From an uncultured delta proteobacterium (GTDB lineage Bacteria; Desulfobacterota; WTBG01; CAIYCZ01; CAIRTM01), in assembly GCA_963804955.1 (NCBI GenBank), contig CAWDSQ010000030.1:224001-288000 (forward strand): a stretch of 64,000 nucleotides of DNA. Reading direction: 5' to 3'. A model generated the notes under the pieces. The model was not told where the DNA came from. It saw nothing but the letters and a program-made list of their open reading frames with translations, and did no database searches. Shown here in pieces: positions 44,725 through 56,368 of the stretch (its first letter is position 1; each line of letters starts with the position of its first letter). Made by a program: the position numbers and the translations under genes.

Positions 44725-45900
44725 TGCTGCATGAAGTGCTGACGCAAGGATTCGTTTTCCCCAATGAGATTGAGGTCCTCTGGAGCCTCATGATCGTGCT
44801 GTATCCCTATATAACCGGCCTTGTGGCCGGAGCGTTCATCGTTTCCTCGCTGTACCATGTTTTCGGCAAAGACGAGCTCAAGCCCGTGGCAAAGTTTTCG
44901 CTCGTGGCGGCATTCAGTTTTCTGCTGTTTGCCTGCACGCCCCTGCTGTTTCATTTGGGCCATCCCGAGCGAGCGTTTAATATCATGTTTACCCCGCATT
45001 TTTATTCGGCCATGTCGGGCTTCGGCTATATATACTCGTTTTACCTGATCGTGGTGCTGCTTGAAATCTGGTTTGTCTTCCGGCCGGATATCATCGCCCG
45101 CGCAAAGAGCAGCACCGGGATTATGAAAGCGCTGTACTGGGTGCTGGCCCTCGGAAGCATGGATGATTCAGAGGAAGCGCTGCATATCGACCACAAAATA
45201 ACCATGGTGCTGGCTGCAATCGGCATCCCGTCGGCCTGCACGCTGCACGGCTATGTCGGGTTCCTGTTCGGATCGCTCAAATCAAATCCCTGGTGGTCAA
45301 CGCCGCTGATGCCGGTCATCTTTCTCATGTCGGCTATCGTGTCGGGCATCGCAATTTTGATTCTTTCCTACTATATCGTCATGGTCATAAAGAAGCAGGC
45401 TGTTGACAACAGCTGCCTGAAGTCCATGTACGGTTTTCTGTGGGGTTTTTTCATTATCGATTTGACCCTTGAATTTCTCAATGAGCTTGCCTCGGTCTAT
45501 GCCCAGAACCAGTCCCATGCGATCCTTGCCCTGCTGATCAGAGGAAAAGCTCAATTTCAGCTATACCATCCTGCAGATGGGCATTTGTTCCGTGATTCCC
45601 CTGGTGGTGCTCGGTTTTGTCGTGCTCAAGCCCATGTCCGATATGCTGCGCAATCGCCTGGGCCTCATCTGCTCGGCATTGATTCTCATACAGGTTTTAG
45701 CCATGCGCTGGAATGTCGTTGTGGGCGGCCAGCTGTTTTCAAAAAGCCTGCGGGGCCTGACGAGCTATATGCCGACATTCCTTGGCCGTGAGGGCATACT
45801 GGTGGCTGTTATTCTGTTCACCATGCCGTTTGTGGTCATGTATGTATTTAATCTGATTCTTCCTCTTTTTGAAAACAAGGGCGAAGAGGCGCAGGGCTGA
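44721..45900 (+). CDS. NrfD/PsrC family membrane subunit (frameshift ~45547)
   Basis: YPYITGLVAG, HLGHPER, HGYVGF, RWNVVVGGQ. Confidence 0.88.
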
Positions 45901-45951
45901 GTGGTGCCGATGGTGCGGTCAATTAATCATAGTTTGAGGAGATGACGTGAC

Positions 45952-47899
45952 ATGCTGACGATATTTGATCCTTTACTGGTTGTCATAGCACTGGTCATCT
46001 GCATTACGGGCTTTATCAAGCGCTCGAAGATGTGGATGAAGGGGAAAACCGATAATGAGAATATAGCAGAAGCAGGCAAGCGCCTGTGGGATTTTATCGT
46101 GTACGGTGTGGCCCACGGCCGCATTTTGCGCGAAGCCTATCCCGGCATCATGCATCTTTTTATCTTTTTCGCGTGCCTGATTCCCGTGCTGGTCATTGTT
46201 GCCGTGCAGGCGCCCTTTACCGTGCCGGCGATGCTGGGCAATGTTCTGTCGCTGGTGCTTGATATCGTCGGGTTGTGCGGTCTTGCCGGTATCGCTCTTG
46301 CCGCCTATCGCCGCTATGTACAGAAGCCTGATCGCCTGAGCGACACAAAGACCGAGGACGCCATAGCCATTATCTGGGTGGCGGCAATCCTTATCATCGG
46401 TTTCTGCATCGAGGGCCTGCGGCTGTCGATAACCGGCGAGGGCGCCCAGTGGGCGCCCTGTGGGTGCTGTTTTTTCCTTTATCTTCAAGCCGCTGCCGCA
46501 GGCCGCTCAGGTGACGCTGCACAGCCTGCTGTGGCGCATTCATTTTTTTATCGTGCTTGCGCTGATTGCGGCTATTCCGTACACCAAGTTTCTGCATCTC
46601 ATTACCTCATCAATTAATATTTTCCTTCGCAAATACGGCCCCCCGGGGGTCATCAGCAAAATAGCCGATTTTGAAACCGCTGAAACCTTCGGCGTTGCCG
46701 CTATCGAGGAGTTTACCCGCACGCAGCTGTTTCAGCTTGACGCCTGCACGCGCTGCGGCCGCTGCCAGGACAACTGCCCGGCCCATTTAAGCGAAAAGCC
46801 CCTGTCGCCTAAAAAACTGCTGCAGGATCTGAAGGCCCATATGGAAGAGAAGCTGGGCGGCAATCCGCCTGCTGCACAGGACGGCGCAGAGGCGAAGCCC
46901 CTTGTGGGCGGCGTGATCGAGACTGATACGATCTGGGCCTGTACGACCTGTCTGGCCTGCCATGCACAGTGTCCGGTGTTTGAAACAACCGTAGATAAGA
47001 CCATTGAAATGCGGCGCAACCTGGTGCTGATGGAGTCCAACTTCCCGCAGGAGGTTCAGGCGGTATTCCGCAATATGGAAAACAACTCCAATCCCTGGGG
47101 CGTGGGCGCGCATACGCGCGGCGACTGGGCAAAAGAGTTCGGCGTGAAACTGGCAAGCTCGGGAGAGCCTTTTGAGTATCTGCTGTATGTAGGCTGCGCC
47201 GGCGCTTTCGACGACCGGTATAAGAAGGTTGCCATAGCCGTCACAAAGATTCTGCAGGCCGCAGGCATTGATTTTGCCATACTCGGGGCTGAGGAGGGCT
47301 GCTGCGGCGATTCGGCCCGCCGGATAGGCAATGAGTACCTGTATGAGACGCTGGTACAGAACAACCTTGCCGCCCTGCAGGGCTATAATGTAAAGAAAAT
47401 CATCACCATGTGCCCGCACTGCCTGAACGCTCTCAAGAACGAATACCCTCAGCATGGCACAAACTTCGAGGTGGTGCATCACAGCCAGCTTATTTTGAAG
47501 CTTATTGAGCAGGGGCGTATCAACCTGAAGCCGGCCGGCCAGAGCATGAAAGTCTGCTATCACGATTCCTGCTTTCTCGGGCGCTATAATGATATCTACG
47601 ATCAGCCCCGCAAGGTGCTGACCTCCATCAAGGGCATTTCGCTCGTCGAGATGGACCGCAACCGCGACCGCGCCTTTTGCTGCGGCGCAGGGGGCGGGCG
47701 CATGTGGATGGAGGAGCATCACGGCAAGCGCATCAATGAGATGCGCACAGACATGGCTCTTGATAAAAATCCTGATGCCATTGCAACGGCATGCCCGTAC
47801 TGCCTGACAATGCTCTATGACGGACTGAAGGTGCGTGAGAAGTCCGAAACGGTCAAGAGCCAGGATATTGCTGAATTTGTTTTAAATGTGATGGAGTGA
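45952..47899 (+). CDS. Membrane heme-b/4Fe-4S/CCG oxidoreductase, HdrF/FadF/EMO-like (frameshift ~46458)
   Basis: NarI-like N-terminus, CTRCGRCQDNCP, CTTCLACHAQCP, CCG, YHDSC, CCGAGGG. Confidence 0.88.
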
Positions 47900-47906
47900 G
47901 CCGACC

Positions 47907-48803
47907 ATGAAAAGAGACAGCCTTAGCAAACTGACAATAGCGGTTCTTACCTCTGTATGCCTGGTGCTGGCTTTCAGCTGTGTCAGGCAGTCCTGCGCGC
48001 AGGATATCGACGACTGCCTTGCCTGCCATCAGGACCGGAACCTTGTAAAGACGGATGCGTCCGGCAGGGTTCACAGCCTGTTTGTCGACAAGGAGGCCTT
48101 TCTTCGGTCAACCCATGGCAGCACTGCATGCGTTGACTGCCATGAGGGTGTCGAGGCAAAAAAACATCCCGCCGCAGGCCTTCCCGACGTACAGTGCTCA
48201 GGATGTCACGAAGAAGAGGCCGGGAAGTACGGGAAAAGCAAGCATGGCCAGCTGCTCACGTCAGGCAATCCCCGTGCCCCTCAGTGTTATGACTGCCATA
48301 CGATGCATGCCGTACTTCCGGCGCAGGATGCCGCATCGACCGTCAATAGCGCCAACCTGTACAAAACCTGCGGCGCCTGCCATGAAGAACAGGCAAAAGC
48401 CGCCCTGGTGCCTCTTATGAGAGGATTTGTGCAGGGTGAAGAGCCCCTTGAGGCTTTGACCCTTACGACCCTTGCTTCTCACATTGCCACGCGTGTGCAA
48501 GGCCATGGTAAAGTGAACCTTGGCTGCGAGTATTCCACCAGGACCTGCTCCAACTGCCACCTTGACCCCATCGATCACGGCTCTGATGCTGTCAAGCCAG
48601 CTGTGTGCGTTAACTGCCACGGTCAGGCGAAAGCGGGAATTATTTTCGGGAAAATCCATAAAGCCAATGTCGTGACAAATCCCTTCCTGTCCGTGCTGCT
48701 TGCCCTGGGATATATCGCGGCACTCGCAGGTTTTGTTTTTTACTGCCGGTCTTCCTGCTGCTGCAAAAAGGCTGAAGGCGGTGAGCCCCCGGCAGAAGGT
48801 TGA
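47907..48803 (+). CDS. Heptaheme cytochrome c with C-terminal anchor
   Basis: Seven CxxCH motifs, signal peptide, C-terminal TM helix. Confidence 0.88.
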   Translation: MKRDSLSKLTIAVLTSVCLVLAFSCVRQSCAQDIDDCLACHQDRNLVKTDASGRVHSLFVDKEAFLRSTHGSTACVDCHEGVEAKKHPAAGLPDVQCSGCHEEEAGKYGKSKHGQLLTSGNPRAPQCYDCHTMHAVLPAQDAASTVNSANLYKTCGACHEEQAKAALVPLMRGFVQGEEPLEALTLTTLASHIATRVQGHGKVNLGCEYSTRTCSNCHLDPIDHGSDAVKPAVCVNCHGQAKAGIIFGKIHKANVVTNPFLSVLLALGYIAALAGFVFYCRSSCCCKKAEGGEPPAEG

Positions 48804-48838
48804 AAAGAACATGCTTTCACGTAAGCCGTATTAATTGC

Positions 48839-48888
48839 ATGCCGGACACAGACTGATTTTGAGTCATGGCAGTGTCCGGCATTTTTTG
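48839..48888 (+). terminator. Putative terminator
   Basis: atgccggacac...gtgtccggcat followed by a T run. Confidence 0.6.
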
Positions 48889-48934
48889 TTTAACAAAAAA
48901 ACTGTTTTATTAAAACATACAAATGGAGGTTTTT

Positions 48935-50320
48935 ATGGATGAAGATCTGAAGGAATTAATCGCTCGAGCACGCAAAGCACAGGCTGTTGTCGAGCACTGG
49001 TCTCAGGAGCAGGTAGATGAGATGGCCCTTGCCGCCGCATGGGAAGCGATCAAGCCCGAAAGCGCCAAGGAGTGCGCCGAGCTAGCCGTCAAGGAAACCA
49101 AGATGGGCGTCTATGATAACAAGTATGCCAAGCACCGCAATAAGTGCCTGGGAGCACTCATGGATCTTGAGGGCGTCAAGACCACCGGCGTTGTTGACGA
49201 AGACAGGGAAAAGGGCATTTTCAAGGTTGTGAAGCCCGTGGGCGTTATTTTCGCTCTTATTCCCTGTACCAATCCCACGGCCACGCCGATAGTGAAGGGC
49301 ATTTCAGCCCTCAAGACCCGAAATGCAATTATCATGGCCCCCCACATGGTGGCGCGGCGCTGCACCGGCAAGGCAATTGATTTCATGCGTAAGGGTTTGG
49401 AGAAGGCCGGGGCCCCGGTTGATCTGATTCAGGTTCTTGAGAAGCCTTTTATTGAAAGAAACCAGATGATGATGTCTGCTGCAGACCTCATTATTTCCAC
49501 GGGCGGCGGTGGCGCAGTCAAGGCCGCCTACTCAAGCGGCAAGCCGGCCTACGGCGTGGGCGCCGGCAACTCGGTAGCCATTGTCGACGAGACAGTCAAC
49601 GCTGCGCAAGCGGCTGAAAAAATTGTCGCCAGCAAAACATTCGATAATGCCACCTCCTGCTCGGCTGAAAACTCGGCGATCATTCATGAGTCGAAATGGA
49701 ACGAAATGCTGGAAACCTTCAAGAAACTCGGCGGCTATCTGTGCAATGACGAAGAAAAGGCAAAGCTGAAAGCCGCTATGTGGCCCGACGGTGAGCATAT
49801 CGAAGCCAAGATCGTTGCCCGCTCGGCAAAAGTCATTGCCGGCGCCGCAGGCATTGCAGCCCCCGATGACGTGCGCTTCATCATGGTGCTGGGCAAAGAG
49901 CCCATCGCAGAGGAAAAGTTTGCCGATGAAAAGCTGTCGCCGGTCATGACGCTCTGGAAATATTCTGATTTCGACGGCGCGGTTGACATGCTCAGGCAGA
50001 TCCACGGCGTGCGCGGCGAGGGCCACTGCTGCGCCATTCACACAACCGACCGCAGCCGCATGGTAAAGCTTGCCGAACTGGCGCATGTGAGCCGCATGAT
50101 GGTCAATCAGCCGCAGTGCCTGGCAAACAGCGGCGCCTTCACCAACGGCATGCCCTTCACCATGACGCTCGGGTGCGGCACCTGGGGCGGCAATATTTCA
50201 TCGGACAATATCACCTGGAAGCATATGGTCAACTATACCTGGGTGTCCGAGCCAACGCCAGAGCACAAGCCCGATGAGGAGAAGATTTTCAAGAGCATCT
50301 GGGACAAGTACGGCAAGTAA
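48935..50320 (+). CDS. CoA-acylating aldehyde dehydrogenase, SauS-like
   Basis: PCTNP, STGG, GVGAGN, SKTFDNATSCSAENS, EKLSPV, LGCGTWG. Confidence 0.85.
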   Translation: MDEDLKELIARARKAQAVVEHWSQEQVDEMALAAAWEAIKPESAKECAELAVKETKMGVYDNKYAKHRNKCLGALMDLEGVKTTGVVDEDREKGIFKVVKPVGVIFALIPCTNPTATPIVKGISALKTRNAIIMAPHMVARRCTGKAIDFMRKGLEKAGAPVDLIQVLEKPFIERNQMMMSAADLIISTGGGGAVKAAYSSGKPAYGVGAGNSVAIVDETVNAAQAAEKIVASKTFDNATSCSAENSAIIHESKWNEMLETFKKLGGYLCNDEEKAKLKAAMWPDGEHIEAKIVARSAKVIAGAAGIAAPDDVRFIMVLGKEPIAEEKFADEKLSPVMTLWKYSDFDGAVDMLRQIHGVRGEGHCCAIHTTDRSRMVKLAELAHVSRMMVNQPQCLANSGAFTNGMPFTMTLGCGTWGGNISSDNITWKHMVNYTWVSEPTPEHKPDEEKIFKSIWDKYGK

Positions 50321-50367
50321 AAAGATACAGAGATACATCGCGAATAATATTATGTAAGGAGATACGC

Positions 50368-50607
50368 ATGGAAAGACAGGAAGTTGTTGAAAAAATCACG
50401 GGTTTTGCCCGCAAGGCCCTTGCCAAGAAGGATATCGAAATCGCCCCTGACGCGCGGCTCAAGGATCTGGGTATGAACTCCTCCGGCCGCCTGGAGCTGT
50501 TCACCATGATCGAGGACGAGTGGGACCTGATGATGGAAGAGGAAGACCAGGACAAGATCAGAACCGTTAATGACGCTGCCGACTATGTGATGTCACAGGT
50601 CGGCTGA
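50368..50607 (+). CDS. Acyl carrier protein
   Basis: 79 aa, acidic, DLGMNSS (PPant Ser), IEDEW, TVND; SD aaggag. Confidence 0.8.
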   Translation: MERQEVVEKITGFARKALAKKDIEIAPDARLKDLGMNSSGRLELFTMIEDEWDLMMEEEDQDKIRTVNDAADYVMSQVG

Positions 50608-50622
50608 CGCACGTAGGACTTT

Positions 50623-50673
50623 ATACATAAAAAGCGCGCCGGAGATTCCTTCCAGTGCGCTTTTTTTATGTAT
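50623..50673 (+). terminator. Terminator after the ALDH-ACP pair
   Basis: atacataaaaagcgc...gcgctttttttatgtat. Confidence 0.7.
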
Positions 50674-50754
50674 AGAAGCTCCATGGCATTGCCTGTTCAG
50701 AGCCTCTTTTTTTCGCTGGCTCAACGACGGCAGGCATGGCGCTGCCTGCCTTTT

Positions 50755-50999
50755 TTATATTCTGGATTCGACAAAAGCTTGTATCCTCTCCCTGTGCATC
50801 GGCGACATTTCAGTGAACTGTATCCCCATTCCTGATGGAAATGAATTGGCTGTCTTTTTTATCCATACCACACGGCCATGAAGATGCCGTCGCTGCTTAA
50901 GTCACACGGCATGTAGCAGTCACAGGAGCACCGGAGTTCTGGAATGCTATTTTGATAGTGGTCGCTACGCGAGGGCTTGCCTGTCTTGCTTTCCTCCAT
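50755..50999 (-). pseudogene. Decayed PilZ-domain gene
   Basis: SD ggagg; RQASPR, DLSSDGIF and GRVVW...GMGIQF in different frames with an internal deletion. Confidence 0.7.
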
Positions 51000-51233
51000 A
51001 CATCCTCCCTTGTAGAATCAAAAGTCAGAGCTGCTCTGAAAACATTTTTTAAACAAACCATGACCGGACTTTTTTTAGATTGTAATAAAAAAAGCTCATG
51101 TCAACACTACAGCTTCTCGACCGGCTTTTCAAAAGAATTTTGCACATGCTTGCCGCATACGCAGGATTATCGTCCCCTGGCAGTGCCCAGCGCATCTGCC
51201 CGCCTCTGACTGCAATGTCAGTTTCTGCGAGAA

Positions 51234-51475
51234 TCAGGCAACCGACCGCATGGCCGCCATATCCTCATAGCGCACCAGTTTCTCAACATCAAGCAGTATT
51301 TTTACGGCCTCGCCCAGCTTGCCTAAACCCATAATGCAGCGATGCGTGCTGTTCCGGGAAACCTCAGGCGGCAGCTCGATCTGATTTTCGGCAATATCAG
51401 CAACCTCCCTCACTGTATCAACGACCAGTCCTACGGGCGTTCCGTTTACATTCACCACGATGATGCATCGCGCCG
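51234..51475 (-). pseudogene. cheW: CheW C-terminal fragment
   Basis: CIIVVNV...VGLVVDTVREV...GLGK...KILLDVEK; N-terminus replaced by the upstream gene. Confidence 0.75.
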
Positions 51476-51477
51476 GG

Positions 51478-51946
51478 TCAGCCTCCATCGGTCTGGGGAA
51501 AGGCGGTGTTGGAGTAGAGATATTCCACCTTTTCCTTGTGCCGTTTTTCTTCGTTTGCCATCCGAAGGAGCATCTCTTTGACCTGACCGTCGGGATGAAT
51601 GGCAGCCAGACCGGTATAGAAGTTGACAGAGTTCTGCTCCCTGTGGGCGGCCACCAGGTAGACGTCACTGCTGTGCATGTTCTGTTGGATGTCGGGCTTT
51701 TCGAGGTGCTCGGCGATCTTGTAGTCGATCACCTGCGTGAGCCTCAGTGTGCCGGGCCCCAGCTTGCCGGCCTGATAGCTTTCCAGAAATTCGCGGTGCT
51801 TCCGCTCCTCGCTGGCCAGGAAATCAAGGGCATCCCGCGCGGTCTGTGTCCTGCACCGTGTCACAGAGTCCCCGGTAGAACTCGTACGCCTCGATTTCGC
51901 GCTGGATGGCGATATCGATGAAGTCAGACAGCCTTCGCTCCTCCAT
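51478..51946 (-). CDS. Ferritin/rubrerythrin-like protein (frameshift ~51848)
   Basis: AIQREIEAYEFY, LASEERKH, REQNSVNFY, MANEEKRH. Confidence 0.85.
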
Positions 51947-52140
51947 ACAGCCTCCTATTCTGGTTGACACATGCCCCGTATTATAAAGGCGCCTGCACAA
52001 GAGTCAAATCTTAAAATACAAAAAGTTTTTTTGAACCACTATGCTGTATGCGGGCAGCATACCGTGAAGGCGCTCTGGCAGGCAAGAAAAGCAGCTTTAT
52101 CTATCATTCCATTCCAGAGCGGGTTGTAGAGGCTGCAGTG

Positions 52141-52693
52141 TCACTTTAGAAAAAGGACTTTCAACCCGATTAAGATAAGCACGCGCGCCGCCGAGCCGCT
52201 CGGCCCATTCTCCAAGATAGATGCCTGCACGTTTTCCGAGAAACATGCCGATGGCGGTCATAATCAGGGCCACAACGCCGATCACCGCGGCCGGAAACCA
52301 CACCGACACCTTCAAAAGCGCCAGCGATACGCCGATGGCAAAAGCATCAAGGCTGGTGGCGACCGACAGTCCCACAAGGCTCATGCCCCGCGTCGGGTCG
52401 AAATCGCGGGCAATTTCCTCTTCATGAAAGGATTCCCAAATCATTTTACCCCCCAGAACGCAGAGAATGCCGCAGGCTATCCAGTTGCCGAGGCTGCCGA
52501 TATGGCTGACAATGGCTTCGCCAAGCAGCCAGCCCGCTATGGGCATGAGCGCCTGAAACAGGCCGAAATGCCAGCTCAGGCGCAGCGTGTGCCGCCAGGT
52601 ATGGCTGTTCAGGGATATGGCAACGGCCACGGCCACGGCGAATGCATCCATGGCAAGGGCAAGAGCGGTACCGATGAGGGTAAGGTAGTCCAT
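52141..52693 (-). CDS. mntP: Manganese efflux pump MntP (frameshift near 3' end)
   Basis: ALAMDAFAV, FGLFQALMP, ATSLDAFAIG. Confidence 0.9.
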
Positions 52694-53124
52694 GCAGGGT
52701 TCAGCTTTTTTCGGTTTAAAATATGATCGCAGGATATCGACGGCCTCGGCAACGCGCATGCCCGGCCTGATTCCTGCTTTCCCGGCAAGTCCGTTGACAT
52801 GGGACACGATGCCGCATGCATAGGTGTCTGCGGCATTGGCAATTTCTGCGGATTCATGGCTTACGGCAACTGCGATAATGCTGTTTTTCTCCAATCCGCC
52901 ATCCCTTTGATGCCTGCATCGTTTTTGCCGCTGCCGGCATCATTGAAGAAAGCAGCAGCAACTCGTGCATCAATGGCATACCCGGCAGAGGATGTGCCGC
53001 CATGGGAGCCGGATATGATGATATCGCCGCGGTTTTCAGGAGAGACATAGGAGATGCTGTCCATCAGAACGGTTTTCACGGAGCCGTCGGTAAAGAGTAT
53101 TTCAAAAGGATGTATGTTCGTCAT
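52694..53124 (-). CDS. Conserved hypothetical protein (frameshifted)
   Basis: DSIS...GSHGG...FNDAG.GK...SAEI...GMRV. Confidence 0.65.
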
Positions 53125-53150
53125 TTGTTTATTTTTACAATAACACTATT

Positions 53151-53263
53151 TGTCGGGCACGCTCCGCTTTGCCCAACCTGCGGGCTGCTGTAATCATATG
53201 CCATAAAAGGTCTGATATGACAGCATAAAAAAATGTAGGGAACAGGCATGCCTGTTCCCTACA
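53151..53263. repeat. Two REP-like palindromes
   Basis: Reverse strand gcaggttgggcaaagcggagcgtgcccgac (53152-53181); perfect palindrome tgtagggaacaggcatgcctgttccctaca (53234-53263). Confidence 0.65.
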
Positions 53264-53294
53264 GATACCAGCGAAAACGGATTTATGTATAGTA

Positions 53295-55424
53295 TCAGGT
53301 ATTCTGCCCGAGCAAATTCAGCACCTGGTCTGCCGATGCTGTCACCACGGTGCCGGGGCCGAATATTGCCGAAACGCCTGCCTGCTGCAGAAACTCATAA
53401 TCGGCAGGAGGAATGATGCCACCCACCACGACTTTGATGTCTGCGGCATCCTGCTTCTTCAGCTCATCGATAAGTTTGGGAACGAGGTCTTTGTGGCCGG
53501 CTGCCAGGCTTGATATGCCAACGACATGCACGTCGTTTTCAACGGCCATTTTCGCCACTTCCTCCGGCGTCTGAAACATGGGGCTCACGTCGACATCAAA
53601 GCCGAGGTCGGCATAGGCCGTGGCGATGACTTTAAAGCCCCGGTCATGGCCGTCCTGGCCCATCTTGGCAACCAGGATGCGCGGCCTGCGGCCGCTTGCC
53701 TCCTTAAACTCGTCGCAGCGCTTGCGTATGGAGGCCACGATTTCGCTGTCGCCGTATTCGGCGGCAAAGGCCCCGGAAATGCACTGCGTGGTTGCCACAT
53801 AGCGGCCGAATACTTTTTCAAGGGCATCGGACACCTCTCCACCGGTTGCTCGGGCGCGCATGGCGGGTATGGTCGCCTCAAGAAGGTTGCCGCCCTGCGC
53901 AGCGCAGTTGGTGAGGTTTTCAAGCGCCGCCTGCACGGCCTTCTCATCGCGCTTGCCCCTGATGTCCTTGAGGCGCGCAACCTGCTCGTCGCGCACGGCG
54001 CTTGATATCTCGCGCACCTCCATGGGCGTTTCATCTTTTGCTTTGTACTTGTTCACGCCGACGATGATGTCTTTGCCCTGGTCGATGCGGGCCTGCTTGC
54101 GCGCGGCAGCCTCTTCGATGCGCATCTTGGGCATGCCCGCCATGATGGCCTTGGCCATGCCGCCCATGTCCTCGATTTCCCTGATGATCGCGCGCGCCTG
54201 GTTGATGATGGACTGGGTGAGTGACTCGACATAGTAGGAGCCGCCCAGCGGATCGACAACATGGCAGATCTGGGACTCTTCCTGCAGCACGATCTGCGTG
54301 TTGCGGGCAATGCGCGCGGAAAGGTCGGTGGGCAGGCTCACAGCCTCGTCGAATGAGTTTGTGTGCAGCGACTGCGTTCCGCCAAGCGCTGCGGCAAGGG
54401 CCTCCAGTGTCGTGCGGATGATATTGTTGTAGGGGTCCTGCTGCGTGAGGCTCCAGCCCGAGGTCTGGCAGTGGGTGCGCAGCATGCGCGATGAGGGCTT
54501 TTTCGGGTTGAACCGGCCGATGATGTCATTCCACATGAAGCGCGCGGCCCGCAGCATGGCAATGTCCATGAAGAAGTTCATGCCGATGCCGAAGAAAAAT
54601 GACAGGCGGCCTGCGAAGGTATCGATATCAAGGCCTGCGTTGAGGGCCGCTTTCACGAACTCCAGACCGTCGGCCAGGGTGAAGGCAACCTGCTGCACCG
54701 AGTTTGCCCCTGCCTCCATCATGTGATAGCCGCTGATGCTCACGGTGTTGTACTTGGGCATGTTTTTCGAGCAGTAGCCGATGATGTCCGAGACGATGCG
54801 CATGGACGGCTCGGGCGGATAGATATAGGTGTTGCGCGTCAGGTACTCTTTGAGAATATCATTCTGTATGGTGCCCTCGAGCTTGTCCTGCGCAACGCCC
54901 TGCTCCTCGGCGGCCACGATATAGCCCGCAAGAATCGGCAGCACCGCGCCGTTCATGGTCATGGAGACCGACATCTGGTCAAGGGGAATCTGGTCGAACA
55001 GTATCTTCATGTCCTCGACCGAGTCAACGGCAACGCCTGCCTTGCCTACATCGCCGGCCACGCGGGGGTGGTCGGAGTCATAGCCGCGGTGGGTTGCAAG
55101 GTCGAAGGCCACGGAGAGGCCTTTCTGGCCTGCGGCAAGGTTTTTCCGGTAAAAGGCATTGGACTCCCTGGCTGTTGAAAAGCCGGCATACTGGCGTATG
55201 GTCCAGGGCCGCTGCGTATACATGGTGCCGCGCACGCCGCGCACAAAGGGCGCAAGGCCGGGCAGGGTATTGACGCATTCAAGGCCTTCAAGATCTTCAG
55301 CGGTGTAGAGCGGCTTGACCATAATGCCCTCAGGCGTTGCCCAGTTCAGGGTCTCCAGGGGCTTGTCTTTCAGCTCTTTTGCCGCAAGGTCTTTCCATTT
55401 TTGCAGGTCGGGATGTTCAGCCAT
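53295..55424 (-). CDS. scpA: Methylmalonyl-CoA mutase
   Basis: [14 protein letters not shown]12-binding [17 protein letters not shown]. Confidence 0.96.
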   Translation of the reverse strand: MAEHPDLQKWKDLAAKELKDKPLETLNWATPEGIMVKPLYTAEDLEGLECVNTLPGLAPFVRGVRGTMYTQRPWTIRQYAGFSTARESNAFYRKNLAAGQKGLSVAFDLATHRGYDSDHPRVAGDVGKAGVAVDSVEDMKILFDQIPLDQMSVSMTMNGAVLPILAGYIVAAEEQGVAQDKLEGTIQNDILKEYLTRNTYIYPPEPSMRIVSDIIGYCSKNMPKYNTVSISGYHMMEAGANSVQQVAFTLADGLEFVKAALNAGLDIDTFAGRLSFFFGIGMNFFMDIAMLRAARFMWNDIIGRFNPKKPSSRMLRTHCQTSGWSLTQQDPYNNIIRTTLEALAAALGGTQSLHTNSFDEAVSLPTDLSARIARNTQIVLQEESQICHVVDPLGGSYYVESLTQSIINQARAIIREIEDMGGMAKAIMAGMPKMRIEEAAARKQARIDQGKDIIVGVNKYKAKDETPMEVREISSAVRDEQVARLKDIRGKRDEKAVQAALENLTNCAAQGGNLLEATIPAMRARATGGEVSDALEKVFGRYVATTQCISGAFAAEYGDSEIVASIRKRCDEFKEASGRRPRILVAKMGQDGHDRGFKVIATAYADLGFDVDVSPMFQTPEEVAKMAVENDVHVVGISSLAAGHKDLVPKLIDELKKQDAADIKVVVGGIIPPADYEFLQQAGVSAIFGPGTVVTASADQVLNLLGQNT

Positions 55425-55448
55425 GGTAACCCTCCAAATATATTTTCC

Positions 55449-55510
55449 GTAGGGGCGTACGGCGTACGCCCGCAATACACGGGTACGGCCATAGCCCGCC
55501 ATGGCTATGT
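55449..55510. repeat. REP-like element between mce and scpA
   Basis: gtaggggcgtacggcgtacgccc hairpin. Confidence 0.55.
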
Positions 55511-55914
55511 TAATCTCTCTGAGAAAGCTCCACAAGGATGCCGCTGGTGGCCTTGGGATGCAGAAACGCTATCATGGCCCCTCCGGCGCCGCGGCGCGGC
55601 TTTTCATCGATAAGGGGAATGCCCTTGGCTTTCAGCTCGGCAAGCGCCTCTTCGATGTTCTCGACGCGGAAGGCTATATGCTGAATGCCCTCGCCCCGCT
55701 TTTCAATATATTTGCCGATGGGCCCGTCGGGCGCGGTGGACTCGAGCAGTTCGACTTCGCTTTCTCCAACGGGGAAAAAAGCCGTGGTGACCTTCTGCTC
55801 CTGCACGGTCTCCGTGCCGGTAAGCTGAAGCCCCATCACATCGGTCCAGAAATTTTTACCTTCATCTATGCTTTTTACGGCAATGCCCAGATGGTCGATT
55901 TTTAAAATTTTCAT
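55510..55914 (-). CDS. mce: Methylmalonyl-CoA epimerase
   Basis: [22 protein letters not shown]. Confidence 0.95.
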   Translation of the reverse strand: MKILKIDHLGIAVKSIDEGKNFWTDVMGLQLTGTETVQEQKVTTAFFPVGESEVELLESTAPDGPIGKYIEKRGEGIQHIAFRVENIEEALAELKAKGIPLIDEKPRRGAGGAMIAFLHPKATSGILVELSQRD

Positions 55915-55982
55915 GGGTTCGCTCCTTCTTTTTTTTCGTTTTTTATCCAAAGGTACGGTGGGATTTTTTTCTGAGAATGGTC

Positions 55983-56011
55983 AGTATAAAATAAGAGGGT
56001 TTTGCTGTCAA
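55983..56011 (-). promoter_or_regulatory. sigma70 promoter of mce-scpA
   Basis: TTGACA-17 bp-TATACT. Confidence 0.7.
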
Positions 56012-56368
56012 TCAGGAACCGCACCTTGCCTGGCCAGTCAAAAAGGGTTGTTTTGCAGCCTGTATCCCGAATTTGCGCTCCAGCAGAGTCCGTTATAAAA
56101 TGCCAAAACCCTAAACCCTTGCAAAAAAACAGGGTGGCATTCAGGCAGAAGATTGTTGGGTTCGCCACTGCGCTGCTGTGGTTCTTCACAAACAGTTGTT
56201 TTTATGATAGTTCTGAGTTCTTCAGCCGTAGCGGATCAAGCTGCAATCTATTCTCCCTTTTTACGCTATCAACCGGATTTTGCATTGACATACAAGGGTG
56301 ATTTACCTATATGAAAACTATTATGCCTTTTATAATATAACCATACTAATTTTTCTGAGGAGGCAATT

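Noticed and set aside
43975..47899. Selenocysteine recoding in the redox genes
   Set aside because: The breaks are frame changes, not in-frame TGA codons at Cys positions.
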